The notes below the pieces were generated by a model, which saw only the letters and a program-made list of their open reading frames with translations, was not told the DNA's origin and ran no database searches. Shown one piece after another: positions 45,511 to 57,400 of a stretch of 64,000 bases of DNA. Positions within the stretch are counted from its first letter, which is position 1. Each line of letters opens with the position of its first letter. Origin of the DNA: a virus (Duplodnaviria > Heunggongvirae > Uroviricota > Caudoviricetes); the IMG/VR virus record IMGVR_UViG_3300042558_002764, positions 42,906 to 106,905 of that record. The stretch is one strand, 5' to 3'. Made by a program: the position numbers and the translations under genes.

Positions 45511-47382
45511 ATGGCAACACAAAGTAAAAAAATAAATTATTTTGCGAGGAACTTCGCTGATGTAAGAACCGAACTAGTTAATTTCATTAAATTATATTAC
45601 CCAGAAGTATTTTCTGATTTTAATGACGCATCAGTAGGGATGATGTTATTAGAGTTAAATGCGGCTGTTGGAGATATGTTATCCAATCACACAGACCGAA
45701 TGTTTAACGAAACTTTTTTGGATTATGCACAAGAAAGAAAAAATGTTTTAGCTATAGCAAGAACATTGGGGTTAAAAGTACCAGGTCTAAGACCTAGTAT
45801 TACTTTAGTAGATTACTCCGTTGTAGTACCTGTATACGGTGATACATGGGATATTAGATACGCACCAACGATTAGATACGGTTCACAAGTTTTAGGTGGT
45901 GGACAAGTATTTGAAAATTTAGAGGATATAGACTTTTCTTCACCTTATACTGTAGGTGGTACACCTAATAGATTAATTCTACCTAACATAGATGATAATG
46001 GTACATTACAAAATTATACTATAGTTAAAAGAGAGTTAGTAATTAATGGTTTAACGAAAATCTTTAAAAAGAGTATCTCACAAAGTGAGTCAGTACCTTT
46101 CTTTGAAATATTTTTACCTGATACAAACGTACTTTCAATTGAAAGTATAATAAATCTTGAAGGTACAAATTATAGTAATAACCCAACAATAGACCAGTTC
46201 ATTGACCCAGATTTAAGATGGTATGAAATGGATTCGTTAGCTGAAGATAAAGTTTTTATTGAAGACACTAGTAGAACTACTGATAATGAAGCGGTTAAAC
46301 CTGGTAAGTATGTTCACACAACAAGAAAATTTGTTAGAGAATTTACTGATAATAATTACTGTAAATTAACTTTTGGTAGTGGTGTTAGTACAGACGATGA
46401 ACAATTACAAAACATATCTACAACTGGTATAAAAATAGGTGACTTTATAAATACTACAGCTTTAGGTGAAATAATTAAACCAAACACAACCTTATTTATT
46501 AGATATAGAGTTGGTGGTGGACCTAGTAGTAATATAGGACCTAATGCTATAAACGCAATTGGTAATGTTACTTTAAATGTAAATGGACCCAACACACCAA
46601 CAAATCAATCGGTAATAAGGTCGTTAAGAGTTAATAACCCAATTCCAGCAATAGGTGGAGCTGGGGTACCTTCAGTTGACCAAATAAGACAATATACAAA
46701 GTATAATTTTGCCTCACAAAATAGAGCGGTTACTATTAAAGATTATGAAGCTATTTTAGCTAAAATACCTGGTAGATACGGCTCACCTTATAGACATAAA
46801 ATAGCTGAGGAACAAAATAAAGTAATTATTTATACACTAGGTTTAGATGCTTCAGGTAAGTTAACAAACCAATCTACTAATACTCTAAAAGAAAATATAG
46901 CAACTTGGTTATCAGATTATAGAATGATAAATGATTACGTATTAGTTGGTGATGGTAAAGTAGTTAACCTAGGATTTGAAATAGACTTATTTATAGATAA
47001 ACAGATTAATCAATCAGAATTAATTAATAACGTTATTACTAGTGTTAAAAATTATTTTGATGTTAAGAAGTGGGAAATGGGTGATAATATTTATATCGCT
47101 CAATTGGTTGAAAACATTAATAATGTTGGTGGTGTACTAAATGTTATTGATATAAGAGCTTACAATTTAATAAGTTCTCCTTATTCATTAAACCAAACAT
47201 CACAAAATTTCATACCAGAATCTTTAGTAAATGGTGTTATACCATTTAATAATGGTAAACTAATTGATTTAGGTTCTGATTACGCTTTATTTGGTGATAT
47301 AGACTCTATGTTTGAAATTAAGTTCCCTGAAAGGGATATAAAAGTAAGGATTAAGAGAAGTTCGACTGTAACTGAAGGGTAA
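45511..47382 (+). CDS. Baseplate wedge protein (T4 gp6/gpJ-like)
   Basis: SDFNDASVGMMLLE, ETFLDYAQERKNV, YRVGGG, NFASQNRAVTIKDYE. Confidence 0.88.
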   Translation: MATQSKKINYFARNFADVRTELVNFIKLYYPEVFSDFNDASVGMMLLELNAAVGDMLSNHTDRMFNETFLDYAQERKNVLAIARTLGLKVPGLRPSITLVDYSVVVPVYGDTWDIRYAPTIRYGSQVLGGGQVFENLEDIDFSSPYTVGGTPNRLILPNIDDNGTLQNYTIVKRELVINGLTKIFKKSISQSESVPFFEIFLPDTNVLSIESIINLEGTNYSNNPTIDQFIDPDLRWYEMDSLAEDKVFIEDTSRTTDNEAVKPGKYVHTTRKFVREFTDNNYCKLTFGSGVSTDDEQLQNISTTGIKIGDFINTTALGEIIKPNTTLFIRYRVGGGPSSNIGPNAINAIGNVTLNVNGPNTPTNQSVIRSLRVNNPIPAIGGAGVPSVDQIRQYTKYNFASQNRAVTIKDYEAILAKIPGRYGSPYRHKIAEEQNKVIIYTLGLDASGKLTNQSTNTLKENIATWLSDYRMINDYVLVGDGKVVNLGFEIDLFIDKQINQSELINNVITSVKNYFDVKKWEMGDNIYIAQLVENINNVGGVLNVIDIRAYNLISSPYSLNQTSQNFIPESLVNGVIPFNNGKLIDLGSDYALFGDIDSMFEIKFPERDIKVRIKRSSTVTEG

Positions 47383-47384
47383 CA

Positions 47385-49199
47385 ATGGAAAGAATTGAAC
47401 AACTATTGGGTAGGGCTAGATATAAAATGGCCCCTGACACTAATTTTAACTATAAATTAAATTTAGATAGCAGCCTTAGTCCGTTAAAAAATAATTTTAA
47501 TAAAATTATTTCAATCCTTAGTGCAGACCAAGTTTTTCAAGATGAAAGAGACAATTCTACAAAATATAGAATTCTAGGTAGATTAAACATTATTACCGAC
47601 AATTCAATTAATTACACAGCAACAACAGTTACAACAGGGGCTAACCCACAAACTATTGGTATAACAAGACCAAACAATTCTGATTGGACCCCACTTTTTG
47701 GTTCTGGTAATGTAATAACTAATCAAAACCCACCTATACCAAATAATTGGGTTTTACAAATACTGTACCCTAGTAAAATTGATAAATACACTAAAGTAGG
47801 AGACAATCAGGCTTATAAAGGTATTACTATAAAAAATTTAATTTCTACTGACCCTTCTGGCACTAAAGAACAAGTTTTATTGGAGACCCAACAAAAAAAT
47901 AAATTGGTTGAGGGTGATTTTTGTTACATATACAGTAACACACATAATAGTATTTATACTGGTTTTCATGATGTAGATTTTTTAGGTGTTAACGGACAGT
48001 ATTCGGAAACAAAATTTAGGTTAACAACTAAATATATTGGTCCCGATAATGAATTGATTTTAAAAAGAGTGATAAATGTTTCTGATAACGACATAAATTT
48101 TCTTAACACACAGAACATTATAAAAGTAGTATCTACAGATTTAAGTGGAACCTCTACTAATGCAAATTATACCAAAGTAACTACAGGTAACCTATCACCC
48201 AGCTTTTCAGCATTAACACATAATTTAAGGGTTTCTGATTACATAGACATAAGAACCGTAAATGGACCTTTTATACTCAATGGTTTATATAGGGTTGAAA
48301 AAATTATTGATAGATACAATTTTATTATTGATTTAAAAATAAGTAATATACCTGGGTTAAATATTAATAATTTAAGTATACCATTTAGAAGAATGGATGG
48401 TATACCGTCAGATTATTATATAAGAAAATTTACTTTGTTAACAGGTAATGATTACGAAGTTAATAAAGCAACTTCATTTGGTACTAACATTTACCCAAAA
48501 ACTAAAATTAATAAATTAGCTATAGCTAACGATACTTGGTTATTTACCTTTATACAAGACATAAATACTAAGTTTATATACAGTCATAAAGACGGTGAAT
48601 TAACCCAACTATACCTAGGTACAATAAAAAGAGCAGGAGCAAATAATTTTAATTGGTCAGATGTAACCGCTAATTGGGATTTTGAATATAGTTACGCAGA
48701 TAGTTCTAACAAAATAGAAACAATATCACTTAATAACCCAAGCGGTATAGGGACTATTGAAAAAAACATACCCAAAACTAGTGAGTATTTTGGTGACTTT
48801 GTTGAATATAATAGAGGGGATATTTTAGAAAGAACAGTTTCTAAAATAATACATAGATTTGCTTTAAATACTAATAACACACCCGAAAAAGGTTATTATA
48901 TAGACCCTTTCTCTAAATTAGACATTAGGAAATTTTCTAATATTATTGAATCAGCATATGTTGGACAAAACGTTGTTGGTATTCCTGGTGATTCAGAATT
49001 AAGACCTAATGGTTCTCTTGAATGGAGGGATATTCTAGAACCAGGTTATATAGAAAATGGTGACAATGGCGTTAATTACCCATTTTTAAATGGTGCTAAC
49101 TATATATATTTAAATAAATTTATATATGTTAGGAGACAAATACCAGAAATAACAATTGAACCTTTAACGGTGAACCCTTCAGCAACAGTTAAGTGTTAA
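47385..49199 (+). CDS. Putative virion structural protein
   Basis: 604 aa, beta/Asn-rich, in baseplate operon. Confidence 0.7.
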   Translation: MERIEQLLGRARYKMAPDTNFNYKLNLDSSLSPLKNNFNKIISILSADQVFQDERDNSTKYRILGRLNIITDNSINYTATTVTTGANPQTIGITRPNNSDWTPLFGSGNVITNQNPPIPNNWVLQILYPSKIDKYTKVGDNQAYKGITIKNLISTDPSGTKEQVLLETQQKNKLVEGDFCYIYSNTHNSIYTGFHDVDFLGVNGQYSETKFRLTTKYIGPDNELILKRVINVSDNDINFLNTQNIIKVVSTDLSGTSTNANYTKVTTGNLSPSFSALTHNLRVSDYIDIRTVNGPFILNGLYRVEKIIDRYNFIIDLKISNIPGLNINNLSIPFRRMDGIPSDYYIRKFTLLTGNDYEVNKATSFGTNIYPKTKINKLAIANDTWLFTFIQDINTKFIYSHKDGELTQLYLGTIKRAGANNFNWSDVTANWDFEYSYADSSNKIETISLNNPSGIGTIEKNIPKTSEYFGDFVEYNRGDILERTVSKIIHRFALNTNNTPEKGYYIDPFSKLDIRKFSNIIESAYVGQNVVGIPGDSELRPNGSLEWRDILEPGYIENGDNGVNYPFLNGANYIYLNKFIYVRRQIPEITIEPLTVNPSATVKC

Positions 49200-50185
49200 T
49201 GAGTACGTATAGATATAAAATAAGATTAAATTACCCCACAATAACAGGTGGAACAGTAGAACCGATGGTCAACGTAGTTACGGGTACACAACAGTTTACT
49301 GATTATTTAACTACTTATGCTATTAAACCTGGGCAATCTGGCAATCAATTACAAATACCTAAAAATATCGGTAAAAATTATTTTACCAAAAGTTCTTTTA
49401 GTAATTTAAAAACAGCATTAATTGAAAATATTGGTGGATATTTTGATGTATCAGAGGGTGGTATTTTAATTTCTTCAGGTAATACAATAAACCCTGATTA
49501 TAATTACAAAAATATTAACATACCTATAAATGTTAAATTTGAGGTTGTAGATTATTCTGATGATATCGATAATTTTATTGAAAGAGAAAAGAAAAAAGCC
49601 ATAAACCCAATTATAGATGGAGAAAAAGTTAAATACATCCCTGAAAATTATAATACTGTAACTATAAATTTTAGATTTTATAATAAGGATAGTGGTATGT
49701 ATGATACCCCTAATTATATTACCGCTGGATTTGTACCACAAGATATTGGTGTTAAAAATAACTTTAAAAAAAGTTTTTTTAGGTTATATTTTTATGACAG
49801 TAATAATAATAAAAAACAAAATTTATTGTCATCAGAAGATATATCTGCTAATGGTAGTACAATGCCTTCGTTTAATTTAAATAAAATTTATTGGTTAATG
49901 TCCGACAACCCAATTACAGGTACGGGTAATAAAAAAATTTATATGGAGGCTAGATTTTTTAACGCTAAAACAGGTAGAGTCCATAGATTTTTTAATGTAC
50001 CAATTTATATTGCGTCACCAATAACTGTAAGTGATTTAGCTAATAACCAAACTTGGAAAACAAGCCAAATCACTATTTTAAACCCTACTACTAATAACGG
50101 TAATCGTTGGTTTAGGGTAGAACCAGGTATTGGTGCAAACACACAAAATACAATAACAATGACAGAATTTATATTAAGTACATAA
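49193..50185 (+). CDS. Putative virion structural protein
   Basis: 330 aa; FKKSFFRLYFYDS and YMEARFFNAKTG; in baseplate operon. Confidence 0.7.
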   Translation: MLMSTYRYKIRLNYPTITGGTVEPMVNVVTGTQQFTDYLTTYAIKPGQSGNQLQIPKNIGKNYFTKSSFSNLKTALIENIGGYFDVSEGGILISSGNTINPDYNYKNINIPINVKFEVVDYSDDIDNFIEREKKKAINPIIDGEKVKYIPENYNTVTINFRFYNKDSGMYDTPNYITAGFVPQDIGVKNNFKKSFFRLYFYDSNNNKKQNLLSSEDISANGSTMPSFNLNKIYWLMSDNPITGTGNKKIYMEARFFNAKTGRVHRFFNVPIYIASPITVSDLANNQTWKTSQITILNPTTNNGNRWFRVEPGIGANTQNTITMTEFILST

Positions 50186-53088
50186 TGAGTTTTTATGATA
50201 GAAAGATACCTTATTATAAGTCATTTAAATTAATTGATAGTGATGGGGATGGTATTAAAGATACCATTGTCTATCGACCTATTTCCGATTTTTATTATAT
50301 ACAATTTGGTTTAGAACAAGATATTAAAAATATTGGTCATTATATAAAAGGTGAAGGAAAACCTAAATTTGAATTAGTAGATTTTAGTAGTATATGGAAT
50401 GAAGGTCTTGTAATATCTAATCCAGGTCATAACACGAGTAGTTCTGGTAACACCACTACTACGCCAACACCCATTTGTATTGACATAAGAGATTGGAGTG
50501 TTTTTAATCCTTGGCCACAAGGAGACACTTTACCAATATCTGAGGGTAATTTAATTTGGTTAACAACCACAGACATAGACGCAGCAAATTTACAAGTTGG
50601 GCAACAGATAATTTTATCTGGTATGGATGTAACCCCAGTCAACCAAACATGTAAAGGTGAAACTAATTTAACAACCCTTAATTTAACAACTGATATTGTT
50701 GCAATATGGGGACCATATTTAGGTAGTTGGAGTATAGCTACTTCAATATATTTTAACACACAGACAGGTGATTACACAAATGGTTTATGTACAGCCGCAG
50801 AAAATTACGGTGTTATAAGTGTCTTAGGTAGTGGTAAAGCTTGTGTTACTACATCATCTAATGGTGGTGACACACTACAACCAGTAGAATTTTGTAATGA
50901 CCCAAGTGCGAGTAATTATGATGTTTCATTAGTTGGTGTTAATGGATACACACCATGTTTTGACAATACTTGTTGTACTTACAATAGTGTAGAAAATTAT
51001 AAAAAATCGGCTAACAGTGGTTATGATGAATTAAATTGCTTAGCATTTTATACTGATTGGGGCCCTTGGAATGATAATCTTTTATTAAACGATACACAAC
51101 AATTATTTATTAAAAAAACAGATTGTACCTTAACATTAAGGTTAATAAATCAATTAGACGGTGAGAATAACTTTACTAAAGGTGGTTGGTATGGTGCTTC
51201 TGTAAAAATAGAAATCGATGAAGGTAATGGTTTTATGCCATTATTACCTGGAAATACTTTAATACAAAATTTAGATAACGATATATCTTTTAATCAAAGT
51301 AAGGAATCTTATACGTTAGATAATAAAGTTAGAATATGGAAAGCAAAATCAACAACTACTATTCCTAAATATTATACAACAAAACCTTATAGGGATATTA
51401 TTTTAAAACCAAATACTAATACAAAAGTTAAAATTACTTACATAAATTCTGATGAAAATATCAGTGAATACGAAAAATATGCTAAATATTTAAGACTACA
51501 ACTAATAAAGGGTAGTACGTCATCACCCACACCTACACCACCTACACCAACAACAGACGTGAGTAGTTTTGTATGGTCACAAAATATATCAGAAATAAAT
51601 ACTTTTTTAGGGACACCGAGTAACAGACAAAATAATGGTGAAACTTTTCATTATATATCTAATGGTTCGGTAGAGGTTAAAGGTAAAACGTGGTCAGATT
51701 ATTTAATGGGATATAAAAACCCTAGTAATATAGTTCCTTGGGCACCATCAACAACAGGTATAGCTGTTGGTACATTTTATGCTAACCCTATAGTTACTGT
51801 TCTAAATGATTTTGGTGATTCAATTAATACTACAGTAATCGATAATAGTAGTAATAATAGTTTAAATTATTTTAGTAATCCTAATGAATTATTAAAAGAA
51901 TTAACTTTTACCTGTTCAGTAAAAGAAAATTATGTTTCTTATTTTGATAGAAACGGTGATGGGTTTATTGAATACAGTAAAAGTTATCCTAAAATAAATT
52001 CAGAAAATAGTAGTTCAGTAGATATTGGTTTATTTAGTAAAACTAGATACGATTCACCTTATATATTTTTAAAACCTGGAACTAAAGATAATACAGAATT
52101 TTTAAATGATAATCCATTAACAAAAACTACGGTACAACAAAGTGACGCACCAGTTGGACCTAGTTCCCATGGTGGTTGGAAAAACTACGCTTATGTTGCC
52201 ACAAATTTAATAAACACATTAAATAATAATCTTACATATTCTTTTACAAATGTCTCACCGACATGTCAATTAGGTGGATTTAATAATTTAAGTGAGATTG
52301 ATATTAATTTAGTAGACCAGTCGAATAGTAATATATTTTTACAACAACCTTATTTTACGTTAACAACATCAAATCCAACGAAAGAAGCTACTTTTGGTAC
52401 TGGGACAACAGTACCACATTTATGGAATTATGGATTCAGTAATGCTAAAGGTGGTTGTTGTGCCAAATCTTATAGTAGTTCATTAGATATATCGACATCA
52501 GGACCTTATTTTAATAGTAAGTGCTCAAGTTGTCATGGACAAATGACACCTAGGTCAGCACAAACGGTTTTAGATAGAGGAACTAAAATAGCTATGCAAA
52601 CAACAGACAGTGATGTTTATTACGGACCTTTTTATGACCCACAAAACCCAACCTATAATGGGTATGGATTAGCATTCTCTAAAGCAAATAAATTTTGTCG
52701 TGATGTAAAAAACAAAAATGGTGTTTTAGTAGATACATCTGAAATAGGTGTTAGTACAGACGCTTTATATGTTGGTGGTATATTACATGGTGGGGCTGTA
52801 CAATATAAACCTAACACTGATTTCACTAATAATTATGGGGTTACGGAAGCAATACAACTAGGGTTTGATGAAATTGGGGTTACAGAAGCTAACAGTACTT
52901 GTTTAAGCGGCACCAAAATACCCCTTAAATGTAGGAGAGTTGTTAATGACCCTAACTGTCCCAACAACAATTGTATGAAATGTCTTTTTTGTTTTAAATG
53001 TAATTCAGAAGATAAACAACCTGGCATATTTACAGGTAATAACGGGGACTCAAATGGACCTAGTGATGGAATAACTTATTTAGGATGA
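50185..53088 (+). CDS. Putative structural/adhesin-like protein with Cys-rich segments
   Basis: 967 aa; T/S/N-rich; FCNDPSASNY...CCTY motif; TAATG overlap at the start. Confidence 0.7.
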   Translation: MSFYDRKIPYYKSFKLIDSDGDGIKDTIVYRPISDFYYIQFGLEQDIKNIGHYIKGEGKPKFELVDFSSIWNEGLVISNPGHNTSSSGNTTTTPTPICIDIRDWSVFNPWPQGDTLPISEGNLIWLTTTDIDAANLQVGQQIILSGMDVTPVNQTCKGETNLTTLNLTTDIVAIWGPYLGSWSIATSIYFNTQTGDYTNGLCTAAENYGVISVLGSGKACVTTSSNGGDTLQPVEFCNDPSASNYDVSLVGVNGYTPCFDNTCCTYNSVENYKKSANSGYDELNCLAFYTDWGPWNDNLLLNDTQQLFIKKTDCTLTLRLINQLDGENNFTKGGWYGASVKIEIDEGNGFMPLLPGNTLIQNLDNDISFNQSKESYTLDNKVRIWKAKSTTTIPKYYTTKPYRDIILKPNTNTKVKITYINSDENISEYEKYAKYLRLQLIKGSTSSPTPTPPTPTTDVSSFVWSQNISEINTFLGTPSNRQNNGETFHYISNGSVEVKGKTWSDYLMGYKNPSNIVPWAPSTTGIAVGTFYANPIVTVLNDFGDSINTTVIDNSSNNSLNYFSNPNELLKELTFTCSVKENYVSYFDRNGDGFIEYSKSYPKINSENSSSVDIGLFSKTRYDSPYIFLKPGTKDNTEFLNDNPLTKTTVQQSDAPVGPSSHGGWKNYAYVATNLINTLNNNLTYSFTNVSPTCQLGGFNNLSEIDINLVDQSNSNIFLQQPYFTLTTSNPTKEATFGTGTTVPHLWNYGFSNAKGGCCAKSYSSSLDISTSGPYFNSKCSSCHGQMTPRSAQTVLDRGTKIAMQTTDSDVYYGPFYDPQNPTYNGYGLAFSKANKFCRDVKNKNGVLVDTSEIGVSTDALYVGGILHGGAVQYKPNTDFTNNYGVTEAIQLGFDEIGVTEANSTCLSGTKIPLKCRRVVNDPNCPNNNCMKCLFCFKCNSEDKQPGIFTGNNGDSNGPSDGITYLG

Positions 53089-53525
53089 TAATAACAGGAT
53101 TTACAGACTCAAAATTAAATTTAGTTAAGACATACGACGATAATAATCCATATCAAGTAGGGATTAATGGAGTTACAGAAGTTGTTACTGAGGGTGATAG
53201 TTTATCTTATGTAGAATATACCATAAATGGTATCAACTACAAGACTTCAGTATTAAAACCTTTATTTGAAGATTCTGACCTTTTCTTTAAAACCCAAACA
53301 GTTTATTTTTTTGAAGCTAATGGTTTAACGCAACAAAACATTAATGTTGTAAAAAGAGAAGCAGAAATGGGTATAGCTTTTCCACCTAAAATTAAAACAG
53401 AGATATTTATTGAAAGACAGTCAATATCTGTTTTTGAAAGACATCTTAGAATGGAAGAAATAGAAACAATTGAACAATTAACTGATTATAAAAATGGGTA
53501 TTACAATATTTTTAATATAGAATAA
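53085..53525 (+). CDS. Putative structural protein
   Basis: 146 aa; ATGA overlap; EIFIERQSISVFERHLR. Confidence 0.7.
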   Translation: MIITGFTDSKLNLVKTYDDNNPYQVGINGVTEVVTEGDSLSYVEYTINGINYKTSVLKPLFEDSDLFFKTQTVYFFEANGLTQQNINVVKREAEMGIAFPPKIKTEIFIERQSISVFERHLRMEEIETIEQLTDYKNGYYNIFNIE

Positions 53526-53526
53526 C

Positions 53527-54429
53527 ATGGCTACAGGCAACTATGGAACGGTAAGACCGGCTAACGTATCAGCAGATGATATAGATATTTTTTATACCTA
53601 TTCACCTAGTAGAGACGTACCGCCATCTGTACCTGTAAGAGTTTTAGACGCAAACTCTTTTTTAACACAATTTAATAACCCATTAAATATTAATGGGGTA
53701 CAACCATTATTGAGTGGTTTATATAATTTAAATCTACCTTCGAATTTATTTTCGTCAAAGGGATTTTATACAATAATGATAAGACCAAAACAATATTACG
53801 TTACAATAGCGGATTGTGGTGTTTTATCAGCTTACCCCGACATTAAAGGTTTAGTATTTGATACTAATAGTTTACCACCTGTTTTGGGTCAAAATGACTC
53901 TATGGTTGGGTATCGAATTGAATATATTGATAACACAAATCAAATCATACCTAATTTATATAGAATAGTTACTTCAGCTAATTTAACTGAAGCAGTAAAT
54001 CAAAATTTATCTAATACATCACAAAAAGCTATTAGATATAGATTTAATGACAACTCAAATTTATTGTTTTGTACATTAACACCGTCTTCACCTTCAGTGG
54101 TTACACCAAATAAAATACCTTTTATTGGTTCACCTGGTCAGGCTGTTGTTATTACAAATACCTTTTTTAATCCCGTAACAATTGAATTAGAAATGGTTGA
54201 ATATGATGTTGAGACTCTTGCTTATGGTTTGTTTGGGAATCAAAGTAAAAGTATTGTTGATGGTAAATATACTATCTACGACTTTGAAAATAGAATTTAC
54301 AAACAATACAATCTTTATGAGGTACAAGATACATTTAATAGTGAACCACTTTATGAAATTAGAGAAGAAGTTAATGAGATTGATGACACAAAAGATTTTG
54401 ACACGATAACTAATATAGGAAATATTTAA
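53527..54429 (+). CDS. Putative structural protein
   Basis: 300 aa in baseplate operon. Confidence 0.75.
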   Translation: MATGNYGTVRPANVSADDIDIFYTYSPSRDVPPSVPVRVLDANSFLTQFNNPLNINGVQPLLSGLYNLNLPSNLFSSKGFYTIMIRPKQYYVTIADCGVLSAYPDIKGLVFDTNSLPPVLGQNDSMVGYRIEYIDNTNQIIPNLYRIVTSANLTEAVNQNLSNTSQKAIRYRFNDNSNLLFCTLTPSSPSVVTPNKIPFIGSPGQAVVITNTFFNPVTIELEMVEYDVETLAYGLFGNQSKSIVDGKYTIYDFENRIYKQYNLYEVQDTFNSEPLYEIREEVNEIDDTKDFDTITNIGNI

Positions 54430-54436
54430 AAATTAA

Positions 54437-57400
54437 ATGTCTAAAAAAGTAGTACCTGGTTCAATAACGGAACCATATAAAAAAGGGCAAGGTGACTTTT
54501 CACCAAACCTAGTAGGACAACAATTTACTAATGGTGTAACACTTTTTACATTAGGCAATTTTGCTATTACAACAAATGCTTCAGCTAGTTTAAGTAAGGT
54601 TTATAACACCGGTAGTTTTTCTGACGCATATACTTTAAATGATTTAAATCTAACTATAGATGAATCACAAGTTCTTTCAAACGAGAGTTTAAAAATATCA
54701 CTAAACATAGACCCTAATAGATTAGAAGGTTATGTTTATTTTGGTAGTTTTTTCCAATTCATTAAAAGTAATATCGAACAAATTTTATTAAAATGGAAAG
54801 GTTCTTTATACGTCGATAATTTAATAGACGATGACCCAGAAAGAATACCAAGAAATACTGTATTAAACTATAACTATGATAGTATATCAGGAACCTCTAC
54901 ATTCAAAATACCCGTATCATTAATAAAAAATAAATTTGGTTTAGTCTTTGCACAAAACCCATTATTTAATATTAATAATTACGGTGATATATCCGACTTA
55001 AATAATAGCTTTTTGGATTACCAAGTCACAAATATATTTGGTGATTTTTATGTTTTAGGTTTTACTGGTAGTACAAGTTTAGATAATTACGTTTATCTAC
55101 AAGTTAATGGTAATCCATGGCCTAATTTAAATGGTGTTGGTTTTGGTAGTTTTGTCTACCACGTTAGACCTAAAGAGGAATTAATAAACAAATATTTCTT
55201 CAGCCGTTTAAATGAATTTGAGTCTAACATGTTAAATAGACTTATAACCCCACAATATACAATAGCTGTTAATTTACCTATAAGAACTGAATCAGGTACA
55301 CTATTCAGTAGTAATAGAAGATTAACTTGGCCAACAAGTGATGGTTATAATCTTGATAATGGTTCAACTGAATTCACAAACTACCTTAATGATTGGATTG
55401 ATATAGGAATTCAAATGGATGCAAATAAAACAGACCTTATTGCTAGAAGATTTGTTTCCGATTCAATCATAGAGTTTGATACTGAAGGTGATAACACAGA
55501 CGTTTATGGTAGAAAAGTTAACAAACTTTTAAGAATTTACGGTAGAGAATTTGATGAGGTTAAAAAATATATTGATGGGATATCCATTTCAAGAATAGTA
55601 ACATACGATAAAAAAGATAATACCGCAGATGAATTAGTTAAAGTTTTAGCATCTGAATTAGGGTTAGATGTGTTATTAAGTTTCTTTGACAATAATCTAT
55701 TTAATAATACTTTACCTGGTAATTCTGGTGAAGAAGGTTATGGTAATCCATATAATGTACCTTTTTCAGGGTACTCAAGAAACCTTTCACCTAAAGAAAT
55801 GGATTTTGAATTATGGAGAAGATTAGTTATAAACGCATGGTGGCTATTTAAATCTAAAGGCCATAGAAAAGTATTGGAATTTTTCTTAAACCTTTTTGGA
55901 ATCCAAAAGTGTGTGGTTAGTCTTGACGAATATCTTTATATAGCTAAAGATAAATTGAATGCTGATAAGGTATATACTTTATTAGCCGAATATTTTGACC
56001 AACCGGTAGACGATTTTATATCTAGTTTAACCGCTGGTGAAATATCATACCCGATAGACCAATACGGATTTCCAAAAGTACCAGCAGACGGTGATGCTTT
56101 TTATTATCAGATGAATGGTTTTTGGTATAATGGTGGTAATTTATCCGAAATTGGTAATAACCCACATATTGGGCCTTACGATTACGGTAAAATGTATTTG
56201 GATAGGTTTAGGTGTTTCGTTGAAGATTTTCAAGGGACTACAACAGGAACTACAACATTTATTACTTTAGATAATTTATTTAAAGATTTTAATAATGGTG
56301 ACATAGAAGACGGGGTTTCAAATTACGGTGGGGATTACGCACAAATACTAAACGACAATAATCAAATATCATCTAATGCTACTGTAGTTATGGCAGGTGG
56401 TGTTGGTGATGTTACGTATGGTCATAGTGGAGCTTCATTAAGAATAACATTTAGTTATGGTGGGTCTAATTGTGAATTAACTTGTCCTACAGATTTAATA
56501 TATTACGATAATGGGATTATATTTGCCAACGATTTAACTCCAGTAGCTGTTGATTTAACAAATATCTATAGTTTACTAAATACAAACCAACAAGATTTAA
56601 TAGTTGCCTCACAAATAACTGAACAATGTTGTTCTAATATAGGTGGTTATTATTTACCTAGTAGTGTGTCAACAATAACTACTATATGTCCCACAGAAGG
56701 ACAAATTTCTATTTTACCTAGTGGTTTAGTCTTTGGAGTAGAAAACGAAACTTGTTGTACTAATATTGTTGTGGGTACTGATGTTTATTGGGATGGGACT
56801 AGATGTATATTAGCGGACATAAATTCTAACACAGTTGTAGATGTATTTACTGCTGATGAATTATTTTACGACCCAATAATCCAAACAAACAATACTAATT
56901 TTGTTTGTTATTGGTGCCCACCAACAAATGTTTATTGTGGTACAGAATACTATGATTTATTAATAAATTCAAATAAACAATTAAAAGTTCCAAGTGGTAC
57001 AAACGGTAACGGTGGGGGTGGAGGTCCGATTAATTTTGGTTGTACTCTTGGTGTTGGAACCACTTATAACGATACTGATGGGTTTAGTTATATCATTAGT
57101 AGTTCTAGTGAACCTGCTCCGTCAGGATACCAAATGTGCGCTAGCTTTTACACAAGTCAATGGACACCGATACTTGGTACAAGTCCTTTATTATATGAAA
57201 AGGGATGTTGTAGAGGATATAGAAATAATAATAATACAGGTGGTGGAGCTACTGGTGGAGCTATTGGTGAAGTACAATTAGGTCCAGCTAGTTTAGTGTA
57301 TTGTCCTAATATTTCAGACATTATAATTAATAATAACATTGTTTATTATAATTACACGGCTAACCCAAATACATCGACAGTCCAAAAATTAGGTGAGTTA

